This document shows positions 18,668 to 28,752 of a stretch of 64,000 nt of DNA, in pieces. This stretch comes from Myxococcota bacterium (GTDB taxonomy: Bacteria; Myxococcota_A; Polyangia; Nannocystales; Nannocystaceae). Position numbers and translations under genes: made by a program. The notes beneath the pieces were generated by a model. That model did not search any database. It had not been told where the DNA came from and saw nothing but the letters and a program-made list of their open reading frames with translations. The stretch is taken from the NCBI GenBank assembly GCA_039028615.1, contig JBCCHT010000051.1:1-64000 (forward strand), read 5' to 3'. How positions within the stretch are numbered: position 1 is the stretch's first letter; each line of letters starts with the position of its first letter.

Positions 18668-19852
18668 TCAAACCTCGGTACCGAACGAGGCGGCGGTCAT
18701 TCGCACCGTGCGCTCGTCCTCGCCGACCCACGGGCCCCCCGGTGCCGTCTGCGGATTCGAGGCCTCGATCGCGGTCGATCGATCGGGCTCACAAACCTTA
18801 TTGGACGCGGGCACGCTGCGCTCCACGATCTCGTCGATGGGGCGCCGCGGCGCGACGAACAGCTCGGCCAGAAACCGGGCCTGCGCGGGGCCATGACTGC
18901 ACCACCCCTGCAGGCTCATCACCCCCTCGAGCGCCTCCGCCATGGCCAATGCGCTCGGGTAGCGACGGCTCGGCTCGGGCTGGAGCGCTGTGATGATGAC
19001 CGACTCGAGCGACGAAGGCACGGCGGGGCAGACTCGACTGGGCGGCACGATGACCCCGCTGAGCATCTGCTGCATGCACTCGAGGGGATCCTTGGCCGTG
19101 AACAGCCGCCGCATGGTCACCATCTCGTACAGGACGATGCCGAGCGCAAAGACATCGGTGTGGGGACCGACCGGCTCACCCCGGCACTGCTCGGGCGCCA
19201 TATAAGCCGCATTGCCCTTGCAGTGCCCCACCCGCGTCCTCGAGCACTGGGCCCGGCTCTTGGCGATCCCGAAGTCGAGCAAGCTGACCTCGCCGCGCAG
19301 ACCGAGGCGGATGTTGGCGGTGGACACGTCGCGGTGCACCACCCCCAAGGGTCGACCCTCGAGATCGCGAAGCTCGTGCACGTGGTGCAGGGCCGTCGCC
19401 ACTTCCAACGCCACATGCACCGCCAGGGGCAAGGGCACGCTTCGCCCGTGACGCCGCGCCGCGGCCAGCACCGTGCGCAGGTCGGCCCCGGGCACGTAGC
19501 GCATCACGTAGAACGGCTGGCCATCGACTTCGTCGAAATCGAGGACGTCGACCAGGTTGCGGTGATCGAAGCGAGCGGCCAGACGAGCCTCGTCGAGCAG
19601 CATGTCTCGCATGTCGGAACGAGCTTCCATTCCGGGACGGATCCGCTTGAGCACGACGAGCTTGTGCACGTCTTGGTAGCCCTGCCCGACCGCCAGGTAC
19701 AGCTCGGCCATGCCGCCCACGGCCAGGCGTCGCAACACCCGATAGCGACCGATCATCGCCCCGCCCGGCCACGCTGGCTTCGACCCCTCGCCGTCGCTGT
19801 TCGATCCGCCCATGACCATCCGACGTAGGTGGGTATGCCTTTCCCCCACCAT
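18668..19852 (-). CDS. Cytoplasmic Ser/Thr protein kinase
   Basis: LAVGGMAELY, VVLK, HRDVSTAN, DFGIAK, YMAPEQ, DVFALG. Confidence 0.9.
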   Translation of the reverse strand: MVGERHTHLRRMVMGGSNSDGEGSKPAWPGGAMIGRYRVLRRLAVGGMAELYLAVGQGYQDVHKLVVLKRIRPGMEARSDMRDMLLDEARLAARFDHRNLVDVLDFDEVDGQPFYVMRYVPGADLRTVLAAARRHGRSVPLPLAVHVALEVATALHHVHELRDLEGRPLGVVHRDVSTANIRLGLRGEVSLLDFGIAKSRAQCSRTRVGHCKGNAAYMAPEQCRGEPVGPHTDVFALGIVLYEMVTMRRLFTAKDPLECMQQMLSGVIVPPSRVCPAVPSSLESVIITALQPEPSRRYPSALAMAEALEGVMSLQGWCSHGPAQARFLAELFVAPRRPIDEIVERSVPASNKVCEPDRSTAIEASNPQTAPGGPWVGEDERTVRMTAASFGTEV

Positions 19853-19980
19853 GGTTACTCGCCATGCGTGAACCCGCGCTGGCGCGACGATCCCGCGATC
19901 GCGTTTCGATCGGCATACGAGGCATCGCCCGGTTCGGATCGAGGGGATTGCACGACGGGCTGCTACGATTGCCTGCACGC

Positions 19981-20250
19981 GTGGCCGACGACGACCAACC
20001 CGCACCGAAGAGCTTTCCCTCGCTCACCACGCAGGCCAAGAACCTCTCGGCCACCGCATTCGATGCCCTGCGCGCCACCATGAGCGGCGAGCAGGTCCGG
20101 GCGCAATCGGAGGAATTCGATCGCCGCATGCAGGTCTGCTTCGACTGCGACAGCTACGAGGCGGCGAGCATTCGCTGCCTCGAGTGTGGCTGTCACCTCA
20201 AAGCGAAGGCCCGGCTGTCGATCGCGAAGTGCCCGCTGGACAAGTGGTGA
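19981..20250 (+). CDS. Small Cys-rich protein, DUF6171-like
   Basis: RRMQVCFDC...[15 protein letters not shown]...CPLDKW; GTG start inferred. Confidence 0.75.
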   Translation: MADDDQPAPKSFPSLTTQAKNLSATAFDALRATMSGEQVRAQSEEFDRRMQVCFDCDSYEAASIRCLECGCHLKAKARLSIAKCPLDKW

Positions 20251-21088
20251 GCGCCTGCACCACCGCGGGCAGGACCGACTCGACCCGATCGTCGACCCGC
20301 AGCTGAACCAGGGGGTCGCCCCGCGTGGGCCCGAGGTTGATCACCGCGGTGGGCTTGCCCTCCTTGGCCGCGCGCCGCACGAAGCGATAGCCGGAGAACA
20401 CGGTCAGCGAGGAGCCGACCACCAGCAAGACCTCGGCTTCTTCGTACAGGGACCACGCTTCGGCCGTGGTCGCGGCGGGCACGTTCTCGCCGAAGAACAC
20501 CACGCGCGGCTTGACCACGCCGCCGCACGAATCGCAGCCCGCGAGCACGAAGCCCTCGACCACCGACGTGGGCAGCTCGGCGTCGCCGTCGGGGGCCTGC
20601 TCGACGCCATGCCGTTCCCAGCCCGGATTCAGCGCGAGCAGCCGCGCCTGCAGGTCGTCACGCGACTCGACGTAGCCGCAGTCGAGGCACTGCACCTCGT
20701 GCAGCGCCCCGTGTAGCTCCACCACCCGCTGGCTTCCCGCCGCATGGTGCAGACGGTCGACGTTCTGGGTGATGAGACCGCGCAGCAGTCCCGCCTGCTC
20801 GAACGTGGCCAGGGCCTGGTGGGCCGCGTTGGGCCGCGAGCTGCGAAAACGGGGCCAGCCCACCACCGCGCGCGCCCAGTAGCGCTGTCGGCCCGCGTCG
20901 TCGCCGATGAAGGTCTTGTACTGGATGGGGTTGCGGGTGCGCTTTTTCGTGGTGGGACCGCGATAGTCCGGGATCCCCGAGCCCGTGCTGCACCCCGCTC
21001 CCACCAAACCCACCACCGAGCGCCCGCGCAGCATCTCGACCAGGGCCTCGATCCCGGCTTCGCCCCGCAGTGCCGGTACGGCGTCCAT
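20198..21088 (-). CDS. NAD-dependent protein deacylase, sirtuin class II (SIRT4-like)
   Basis: [34 protein letters not shown], two Cxx[17 protein letters not shown]. Confidence 0.93.
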   Translation of the reverse strand: MDAVPALRGEAGIEALVEMLRGRSVVGLVGAGCSTGSGIPDYRGPTTKKRTRNPIQYKTFIGDDAGRQRYWARAVVGWPRFRSSRPNAAHQALATFEQAGLLRGLITQNVDRLHHAAGSQRVVELHGALHEVQCLDCGYVESRDDLQARLLALNPGWERHGVEQAPDGDAELPTSVVEGFVLAGCDSCGGVVKPRVVFFGENVPAATTAEAWSLYEEAEVLLVVGSSLTVFSGYRFVRRAAKEGKPTAVINLGPTRGDPLVQLRVDDRVESVLPAVVQALTTCPAGTSRSTAGPSL

Positions 21089-21252
21089 GGGCGAGGACGG
21101 TAGCAGCTCGTGGGCACGAGTGTGGTGCTTCGCCACGTCGCAGGCTGCGACGATCGACGTTGGGTGCCCCGCCCCCCAGCGGACAAGTGCCCGAGATCTG
21201 GTGGCTTCGCGCAGGTGACAGGGTGGCCCGCAACTTGGACAATGGGCGGGAC

Positions 21253-23016
21253 GTGGGTGTATCGAGCAGGCAGAGATCTGCGACGGCCGTGATTGCGGTG
21301 GCGTTGGCGCTGGGCGCCGGCTGCCGCGACGATGGCTCGGCCGTCGACGAGGAAGGGACCACCGAAGCGGAGGCGACGGACGCCGCCGACGACACGGGCG
21401 AACCCGCCGACGACACGGGCGAACCCGGCCCCGAGCCGGTCTACCTCGAGCCCACCGAGCACCTGACGCGCGCCTCCATGGCGCTACGCGGGGTTCGGCC
21501 CTCCCCCGACGAGCTGATGCGAGTGGCCGACGACCCCGAGGCACTGCCGCAGATCGTCGACACCTACCTCGAGGACCCCCGCTTCGGCGACATCGTCCGC
21601 GACCTCCACAACGACGGCCTGCTGTCGCTGGTCGACTTCTTCGTCTTCCCCGCCGGGTTCATGCCCAAGGGACCGATCGACGACGTCGACGCCTACCGAC
21701 TCAACCGCTCGATCACCGAGGCGCCGTTGCGGCTCATCGAGCACGTGGTGATGACCGACCGGCCCTACTCGGAGATCGTGACCGCCGACTATACGGTGGC
21801 CGACGGCAACGTGGCCGCGGTGTGGGGCCTCGAGCACGAGGGCGCCGCCGAGGCCTGGACCACCACCCGCTGGCAGGACGAGCGCGACAACGCGGGCATC
21901 CTGTCGGACCCGTGGGTGTTCCAGCGCTACGGCAGCACGCTGAGCAATGCCAACCGCGGTCGCGCCAACGCCATCTCCCGCGCCCTGCTCTGCTACGACT
22001 TTCTCTCTCGCGACATCGAGGTCGACGCCAGCGTGAACCTGGCCGACCCCGACGAGGTCGCCAACGCGGTGGTCGAGAACGCCGCCTGTGCGAGCTGCCA
22101 CCAAGCCCTCGACCCGCTGGCGAGCTTCTTCAAGGACTGGTCGCCGACCTACGTGCCCTCGGACGTCGAGTACCCGCACGACCCCTACGTGACCGACGTG
22201 TTCCCCAACTCGGGGGTGGTCATGCGGGACGCGGGCTACTTCGGGCAGGCGGGCGAAGGCCTGGCCGACCTGGGGCAGCTCATCGCCGACGATCCTCGGT
22301 TCTCGCTGTGCGCGGCCCAGCGCTTCTACGCCTACTTCCACCAGATCGACCGCGAGGGGGTGCCGCTGGAGACCGCGGCTTCGCTGCAGCAGGCCTTCAC
22401 CAGCGAGGGCATGAGCGCCAAGGCCCTCGCCCGCGCCATCGTGCTCGACGACGAGTTCCGCATCTCGCACATGGAGGTGGACAGCGAGCGCGACCCGGTC
22501 GGCGTGAAGAAGGCCCGGCCCACCCAGCTGGCCTTGCTCTTCGACGACCTCACCGGGTTCCGCTGGCAGACCGACCTCTCCGAGTTCGAGCTCGCCCCCG
22601 TCGATCTGATGGCCGACTCCTTCCTCGGCTACAACGTGCTGCTCGGCGGCATCGACTCGCTCTTCGTCACCCGGCCCTCCCACACCTACGGGGCCACCAC
22701 CAGCCTGGTGCTGCGCAACCTGGCCCGCGAAGCGGCCCACCACGTGGTCGACACCGACTTCGACGCGCCCGACGTGGGCTCGCGGCACCTGCTGACGTTG
22801 GTGAGCGAGACGGACACCGACGAAGCGCTCGTCCGCCAGCAGCTGGCGGAGCTGTACCTGCGAATCTTCGCTCAGATCGTCGAGCCCGACGACCCCGCCA
22901 TCGACGACAGCCATGCCTTGTTCCAGGCCGCGCTCGAACACTCGGGCGAGATCCGCCGCGCCTGGAAGATCACCCTCACCGCCCTGCTCCAAGACGTGGA
23001 CGTCGCCTACTACTAG
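21253..23016 (+). CDS. Lipoprotein with a single CxxCH motif (DUF1585/DUF1588/PSD-like cytochrome family)
   Basis: Lipobox GAGC; RASMALRG..P; AGIL; NRGRAN; CASCHQALDPLA; LGQLIADDPRFSLC. Confidence 0.8.
   Translation: MGVSSRQRSATAVIAVALALGAGCRDDGSAVDEEGTTEAEATDAADDTGEPADDTGEPGPEPVYLEPTEHLTRASMALRGVRPSPDELMRVADDPEALPQIVDTYLEDPRFGDIVRDLHNDGLLSLVDFFVFPAGFMPKGPIDDVDAYRLNRSITEAPLRLIEHVVMTDRPYSEIVTADYTVADGNVAAVWGLEHEGAAEAWTTTRWQDERDNAGILSDPWVFQRYGSTLSNANRGRANAISRALLCYDFLSRDIEVDASVNLADPDEVANAVVENAACASCHQALDPLASFFKDWSPTYVPSDVEYPHDPYVTDVFPNSGVVMRDAGYFGQAGEGLADLGQLIADDPRFSLCAAQRFYAYFHQIDREGVPLETAASLQQAFTSEGMSAKALARAIVLDDEFRISHMEVDSERDPVGVKKARPTQLALLFDDLTGFRWQTDLSEFELAPVDLMADSFLGYNVLLGGIDSLFVTRPSHTYGATTSLVLRNLAREAAHHVVDTDFDAPDVGSRHLLTLVSETDTDEALVRQQLAELYLRIFAQIVEPDDPAIDDSHALFQAALEHSGEIRRAWKITLTALLQDVDVAYY
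21385..21426 (+). repeat. Perfect 21-bp in-frame tandem duplication (ADDTGEP x2)
   Basis: gccgacgacacgggcgaaccc occurs twice in the lipoprotein linker. Confidence 0.85.
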
Positions 23017-23030
23017 AAGGGACTCGAACG

Positions 23031-24311
23031 ATGACGATGCTCAAGATCACACGTAGAGGGCTCTTTGTCGGCGGCGCGGCCACGCTGGGGGCGGGCCTGC
23101 TCACCACGCGTCGCGTCGCCCGGGCGGGCTCCAGCCAGCCGCCGCGACGGCTGATCATCGTGATGGCGGACGGCGGCTGGGATCCCACCGCCACCCTCGA
23201 CCCCAAGCCGGGGCTGGCCACCATCGACGTGCTCCCCGGCGACATCCAGGACTTCGGCGGCCTGCCCGTGTACGTCGACGGGACCCGCCCCGCGGTCACG
23301 AGCTTCTTCGAAGCCCACGCCGCCCACTGCACGGTCATCAACGGCATCGGGGTGCAGTCGCTCAATCACCCCGACTGTGCCAAGCGCGTGCTGACGGGGA
23401 CCTCCTCGGACATCAACGCCGACATCGGGGCCATGACCGCGCACGCGCTGGGCCAAGACCTCGCCGCGCCCTACCTCGTGCTCGGGCGCAACGCGTTCTC
23501 CGGGCCCTACGCCTCCTTGGCCGCGCGGGCGGGCACCGCCAACCAGCTGGGCACGCTGCTATCGGCCGAGCAGGCCTTCCCCGTGGGCAGCCCCGCCGAC
23601 TTCACCCCGCGGCTGTCGCTCGATGCCACCGAGGACGATCTCATTCGCAACCACGTGCTCACCCGGGCGCAGCGAGAGGTCGACGAGCGCGGGCAGTTCG
23701 GTCGCAACGAGCGACGCCTGCAAGACTTCATCGACGCCCTCGACCGCGGCGACGCCCTGGCCGAGACCGCGGACTTCGGCGACTTCGGCTACACGGGAGA
23801 CCTCGGCTTCCAGGCCCAGCTCGCCGCCAATGCGCTCGAGCAGGGCCTGTGTCACTCGGCGCAGATCGAGCTCGGCGGCTGGGACAGCCACGACGACAAC
23901 CTCGATCAGATCCCCCTGGCCGACGCGTTCTTCTCTGGCCTGCACTCGCTCATCGACGAGCTCGTCGCCCGCCCCGGGCTCGACGCGGGCAGCCGCATGA
24001 TCGACGACACCGTGGTGCTGGTCGTCTCCGAGATGGGCCGAACCCCCAAGCTCAACGCGACCGGCGGCAAGGATCATTGGCCGATCACCTCGGCCATGTT
24101 GATCGGCGGTGGCCTCCCTGGCGCCCGAGTGCTCGGCGGCACCGACGACATGCTGCTGCCTCTCAACGTCGATCTCGACAGCGGCGCCCCGGGCGACGGC
24201 GGCGTGCAGATCCAGTACGGCAACTTCGCAGCCGGCGTGCTCGAAGCGGTGGGCGTCGACGCGGCCACCTACTTGCCTGGAGTGGAGCCCTTCCGTGCCC
24301 TGTGCAGCTAG
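23031..24311 (+). CDS. DUF1501 domain protein with Tat signal
   Basis: RBS GAAGG; TRRGLF twin-arginine; GGWD, GWDSHDDN, SEMGRTP, GKDHW. Confidence 0.88.
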   Translation: MTMLKITRRGLFVGGAATLGAGLLTTRRVARAGSSQPPRRLIIVMADGGWDPTATLDPKPGLATIDVLPGDIQDFGGLPVYVDGTRPAVTSFFEAHAAHCTVINGIGVQSLNHPDCAKRVLTGTSSDINADIGAMTAHALGQDLAAPYLVLGRNAFSGPYASLAARAGTANQLGTLLSAEQAFPVGSPADFTPRLSLDATEDDLIRNHVLTRAQREVDERGQFGRNERRLQDFIDALDRGDALAETADFGDFGYTGDLGFQAQLAANALEQGLCHSAQIELGGWDSHDDNLDQIPLADAFFSGLHSLIDELVARPGLDAGSRMIDDTVVLVVSEMGRTPKLNATGGKDHWPITSAMLIGGGLPGARVLGGTDDMLLPLNVDLDSGAPGDGGVQIQYGNFAAGVLEAVGVDAATYLPGVEPFRALCS

Positions 24312-24324
24312 TTGCCGCGCAACG

Positions 24325-24825
24325 GTGTGCCGGCCACTGCTCGTCGCGCTGCTGTGCGGAAACGCGACGCTCCTCGGCTGCAGCGGAGACGACAGCCAAG
24401 ACGATGGAGCGATGGCCAGCTCCAGCGAAACGGGCACCGACGGTTCCGGCGACGCCGAAAGCACCGCCGACGAAACGGGCGGCGACTCCACGGCGGCTGC
24501 CGATACGTATGACAGCCTGGACGAGCGCCCCTGTCCGGACGACAGTTTTCTGACCTACGAGTCCTTTGGCGGGCCCTTCTTGTTGAATTACTGCACTGGG
24601 TGCCATCACTCACGCTTGCCCGCCGACCAGCGCCAAGGGGCGCCGATCGAGGCCAACTTCGACGACCTCGAAGACATCCGGAACTGGGCAGATCGCATCT
24701 GGGCCCGGGCTGCGGACGATAACGCCTCGATGCCACCGGTGGGCGCGCCGGGTGCCGACGAGCGGGCCCAGCTCGGACAATGGCTCGCTTGTGGTGCACC
24801 GACCAACGACGAGCTCGACGAGTAA
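24325..24825 (+). CDS. Small c-type cytochrome lipoprotein
   Basis: Lipobox LLGC; CTGCH; distal MPP; QWLACGAP. Confidence 0.8.
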   Translation: MCRPLLVALLCGNATLLGCSGDDSQDDGAMASSSETGTDGSGDAESTADETGGDSTAAADTYDSLDERPCPDDSFLTYESFGGPFLLNYCTGCHHSRLPADQRQGAPIEANFDDLEDIRNWADRIWARAADDNASMPPVGAPGADERAQLGQWLACGAPTNDELDE

Positions 24826-24842
24826 GCGTTACACTCGGGCTC

Positions 24843-25994
24843 GTGAAGGGTCTGGATTGGTCTTTGGTTTCTTGCGTGACCGTGTCCCTTGCCGCCGGGT
24901 GCGTGCAAGACACGGTACCCATCGACGACGACAACGGTTCGACTTCGGACACGGTCGAGACGACGACGGGCGTCACTCCCAACACGAGTGAACCCGCGAC
25001 GAGCTCCACCACCGACGAGGTCACGAGTTCGTCCAGCGGCACGCCTCCCGCCGAGAGCACGGGCGAGCCCACGACGAGCGCGACCGATACGGGTGCGACC
25101 AGCGTCGCTTCGGGAGACGAGACCGGAACGCCGACCGTCTGTGGCAACAACGTCGTCGAAGGCGACGAGGTCTGCGACCTCGCGCAGCTCGGCGGAGAGA
25201 CCTGCGAGTCGCTGGGCTTCCAGGGCGGGCAGCTCGGCTGCTTGCTGACCTGCGACGACTACAACATCCTCGGCTGCTTCGTGTGCGGCAACGAGGTGGT
25301 CGACATCGCCGAGGACTGCGAGGGCTCCGTGCCCAAGGAGGTCACCTGCGAGTCGATGGGCTTCGAGGCGGGCACCGTCACCTGCGGAGCCGACTGCCTC
25401 TTCGACACCTCCGACTGCTCCATCTGCGGCGACGGCATCCAGCAGGGCCCCGAGGACTGCGACGGCCTCGACGTGCAGGGCAACGACTGCGCCGCGATCG
25501 GCTTCGACAGCGGCGAGCTCGGCTGCAACATCCCCACCTGCGGCTACGACTACTCGGGCTGCGAGGGCGGCCAGTACATCCAGGACTTCGAGGGCGGGCC
25601 TCCCATGCCGCTCGAGTTCACCACCATGGGCGCGGCCGACTGGGTGGTCGACGGCGTCATGCCCATCAACGGCAGCTTCTCCGCCTGGTCCACCGACCTC
25701 GGCGAGGGCCAGAACAACTCGCTGCTCATCGACGCCACCTTTGCCGTCGACGGCGACATCTCGTTCTGGCACCGCGAGGACAGCGAGGCGACCTTCGACT
25801 TCCTCGAGTTCTATATCGACGGCGTCTTGATCGACAGCTGGTCGGGCATCAACCCCGCGGCCATGTTCACCACCCCGGTCACCGCGGGCGTGCACTCCTT
25901 CGAGTGGCGCTACGCCAAGGACGGCATCGTCAGCGTCGGCCTCGACTCGGTGTGGGTCGACGACATCACCATGATCCCGGGCGTTCCGATCTAG
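24843..25994 (+). CDS. Lipoprotein with Myxococcus Cys-rich repeats and C-terminal beta-sandwich domain
   Basis: Lipobox AAGC; three CG(N/D)...E.C(D/E)...C..xGF..G...C...C repeats; C-terminal DFLEFYIDG...FEWRYAKD...VWVDDI. Confidence 0.82.
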   Translation: MKGLDWSLVSCVTVSLAAGCVQDTVPIDDDNGSTSDTVETTTGVTPNTSEPATSSTTDEVTSSSSGTPPAESTGEPTTSATDTGATSVASGDETGTPTVCGNNVVEGDEVCDLAQLGGETCESLGFQGGQLGCLLTCDDYNILGCFVCGNEVVDIAEDCEGSVPKEVTCESMGFEAGTVTCGADCLFDTSDCSICGDGIQQGPEDCDGLDVQGNDCAAIGFDSGELGCNIPTCGYDYSGCEGGQYIQDFEGGPPMPLEFTTMGAADWVVDGVMPINGSFSAWSTDLGEGQNNSLLIDATFAVDGDISFWHREDSEATFDFLEFYIDGVLIDSWSGINPAAMFTTPVTAGVHSFEWRYAKDGIVSVGLDSVWVDDITMIPGVPI

Positions 25995-26004
25995 TCACCG
26001 ATCG

Positions 26005-27672
26005 ATGGCCCGCGTGCCCCATGCCGTCGCCGGGAGCGTGCTGGGCGTAGCGTTGAGCTGCGCCCCCGCCTCGGACTCGAGCCCGGCGTCGACCGATGCG
26101 TCGTCGACGGGTAACGGTGACGCGCACGCCGAACACTCGGCGACCCACGACGCCGACCACGACAGCAGCGGCGGCGACGACACGGGCCCCTCGATGCCCG
26201 GCTCCACCAGCGCGCACGGCGGGCAGGGGGGCTCGGGCACTGGAGGCGAGTCGTCGACCGGAGGGGACGACGGGATCGACCCCGGCGCTCCCTTCGAGCT
26301 GATGGAGTTCGATGCCCCGCATCAGTCGGTGCTCGGGGCCCGTGGTCCCGGCCAGGCGTGGGGCGACATCGACGGCGACGGCTGGCTCGACCTCGTCACG
26401 CCCGGCGGCAGCGCCCCGAGCCTGCTGTGGCACAACGAGCACGACGGCACCTTCACCCTCGACCCGTCCACGCCCGACCTCGACGCCCACCTCGACACGC
26501 TGGGTGCCAACTTCGTCGACTACGACAACGACGGCGATCCCGACCTGTACCTGCTGCGCCATGACGCCAATGTCCTGCTGCGCAACGACGGCGGGACGTG
26601 GGTGGACGTGAGCGCCGCGACCGGTGTCGACGATCCGGCCAGCTCCACGGCGGCGACCTGGGGCGACTACGACCAAGACGGCTGGCTCGATCTATACGTC
26701 GCCAATGCCGGGGCCGACGAAGACAACCTCTATCGCGCCGACGGCACGGGCCACTTCGAGCTCGCCAACGGCGTCTTGCCCGGCCGGGGCAAGCTGCAGG
26801 CCTACGGCACCACCTTCTCCGATTTCGACGACGACGGCGACGTCGACCTGCTGGTGGTCAACGACAAGCACGTCGGCAATCAGATGTGGCGCAACGACGG
26901 TCCCGGCTGCGGCGGCTGGTGCTTCTCCGACGTGAGCGCGGCCTGGAACGCCGGGATGAAGGCCGACAGCATGGGCGTCGCCGTGGGTGACTACGACAAC
27001 GACGGCGACCTCGACGTGTCGATCACCGACAACAACCGGCACAACGTGATGCGCAACGAGCTCGGCGTCGGGGGGATGGGCTTCGTGGACGCTTCGGCCG
27101 AGGCGGGCGTGCTCTTCGACGCATTCGGCTGGGGCACCATCTTCTTCGACTACGACAACGACGGCTGGCTCGACCTGTACGTCGCGGACGGCAACATCGG
27201 CACCGACCCGACGAGCCGGCTGTTCCACAACGAGGGCGGGTTCTTCGCCGACGCCACCACCGACTGTGGCTGCAACGACGTGGGCTGGGCCTTCGGCGTC
27301 TCCTATGCCGACTACGACCTCGACGGCGCGGTGGACTTCGTCGTGGGCTACCGCGGCTCGAGGCACGAGCTTTACCGCAACCGCACCCAGACCGGGCACC
27401 ACTGGCTGTTGGTCGAGCTGCACGGGGCGGGGCCGGTCAACCGCGACGCGGTGGGGACCCGGGTCCGCGTGGTCACCACCTCCGGGCAGTCCCTCATGCG
27501 GCAGGTCAAGCTGGGCTCGAGCGTCGCTTCGGGCAACAGCCTGCGGCTGCACTTCGGCCTCGGCGACGACGACATCGAGTCGATCGAGGTGCGTTGGCCC
27601 GACGGCACCCTCGAAGTGCTCGCGCCCCCGCCCGTCGACGGGCTGTGGGTTCACGACTATCCCGCGCCGTAG
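26005..27672 (+). CDS. CRTAC1-family protein (FG-GAP/VCBS repeats plus ASPIC/UnbV)
   Basis: Multiple D(Y/F)DxDGxxDL repeats; NRDAVGTRV...LHFGLG...IEVRWPDG. Confidence 0.92.
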   Translation: MARVPHAVAGSVLGVALSCAPASDSSPASTDASSTGNGDAHAEHSATHDADHDSSGGDDTGPSMPGSTSAHGGQGGSGTGGESSTGGDDGIDPGAPFELMEFDAPHQSVLGARGPGQAWGDIDGDGWLDLVTPGGSAPSLLWHNEHDGTFTLDPSTPDLDAHLDTLGANFVDYDNDGDPDLYLLRHDANVLLRNDGGTWVDVSAATGVDDPASSTAATWGDYDQDGWLDLYVANAGADEDNLYRADGTGHFELANGVLPGRGKLQAYGTTFSDFDDDGDVDLLVVNDKHVGNQMWRNDGPGCGGWCFSDVSAAWNAGMKADSMGVAVGDYDNDGDLDVSITDNNRHNVMRNELGVGGMGFVDASAEAGVLFDAFGWGTIFFDYDNDGWLDLYVADGNIGTDPTSRLFHNEGGFFADATTDCGCNDVGWAFGVSYADYDLDGAVDFVVGYRGSRHELYRNRTQTGHHWLLVELHGAGPVNRDAVGTRVRVVTTSGQSLMRQVKLGSSVASGNSLRLHFGLGDDDIESIEVRWPDGTLEVLAPPPVDGLWVHDYPAP

Positions 27673-27711
27673 CGGCGCGACTTCGCGAGAGCAAACGCGG
27701 CGCGCTCGCGC

Positions 27712-28506
27712 TCAGGCGGCAGCGCCGGAGTCCGAGGCGCCGGGCGTCGCGGCGTCCGGGCGCGCGATCGTGAGGCCCTGGACTCGCTCCTCGGGCTCGG
27801 GCTCGTCGAGGAACGCGCGGAGCTTGGCGTAGAACGGGCGCGCGACCACGAGCGACGAGTGCCCGCCGGGCATCACCGTGTAGTCGCGCTCCTTGTCCAC
27901 GCCCTTGAGCAGCTCGGGCAGGGGGCAGATCGCATCCTGACCGGCGCTGATCTGGCAGACCCGCACGCCGTCGGGAATCGGAGCGTCGCGAAGGTCGCGG
28001 AGGAAGCTGCTGGTGGGCAGAACCTGCCAAACGGAGGGGCTCACCATGCCCACCGTGCCCACACCGGCGAGGCCGACCCAGGTGCCGCTGGTGGGCGTGC
28101 CCATCAGCGCGAGGCGGCGCACCCAGCGATGCGCTTGCAGGAACTTCAAGGCGTGCAGGGCGATGAGACCGCCCATGCTGAAGCCGACGAGGTCGACCTG
28201 CGTCACGCCGAGCTCACGCTCGATGCGGGCGAGCTGGTCGACCAGTTGCTGCGCCGACGCCCGAAGCGAGCGCAGCTGGAACGTGCCGTAGTGGTAGCTG
28301 AAGACCACGCGCCCATCCGCTTGGAAGCGCTGGGTCAGCGGGATCATCGTGCCGCGGGTGCCGAGGAACCCGTGCGACAGAACGACGGGAGGACTGCCGG
28401 GCTTGGTCCACGACATGTCTCCGGCGAAATGATTGCCGCGGGCGAGGTGACGGGCATAGGCCACGCTGTGGTTGACCGTCTTGATGGCCCGGCCAAGGCG
28501 TCCCAT
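27712..28506 (-). CDS. Alpha/beta hydrolase (lipase/esterase)
   Basis: PVVLSHGFLG, VDLVGFSMGG, GTPTSGT, GHSSL. Confidence 0.88.
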   Translation of the reverse strand: MGRLGRAIKTVNHSVAYARHLARGNHFAGDMSWTKPGSPPVVLSHGFLGTRGTMIPLTQRFQADGRVVFSYHYGTFQLRSLRASAQQLVDQLARIERELGVTQVDLVGFSMGGLIALHALKFLQAHRWVRRLALMGTPTSGTWVGLAGVGTVGMVSPSVWQVLPTSSFLRDLRDAPIPDGVRVCQISAGQDAICPLPELLKGVDKERDYTVMPGGHSSLVVARPFYAKLRAFLDEPEPEERVQGLTIARPDAATPGASDSGAAA

Positions 28507-28752
28507 TTTGTTCCCCTTCGTTCCCACGTCGTTCCGTTAACCTACCAAGTTGTCGGCCACTCGATCGCTTTTCTGTAATTTACGCAGTTTGCGCTAACGC
28601 ACCTCGCCCCAACCCATTGAAATCTAAATAGTTGTGCAGAACCCCACGTAGGGGCAGCAGGAGCCTTTACGTGATTCTCCGGTCTTCTACGAGGTAGCGC
28701 GGCTCGCATACGGGTGGATCCCGACGGACAAGCGTCGTTCACGCAGGCCCGA

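Noticed and set aside
20198..21088. Sir2 anti-phage defence system (Thoeris/DSR/pAgo-linked)
   Set aside because: The protein has canonical Zn-binding class II sirtuin motifs and no defence partner genes.
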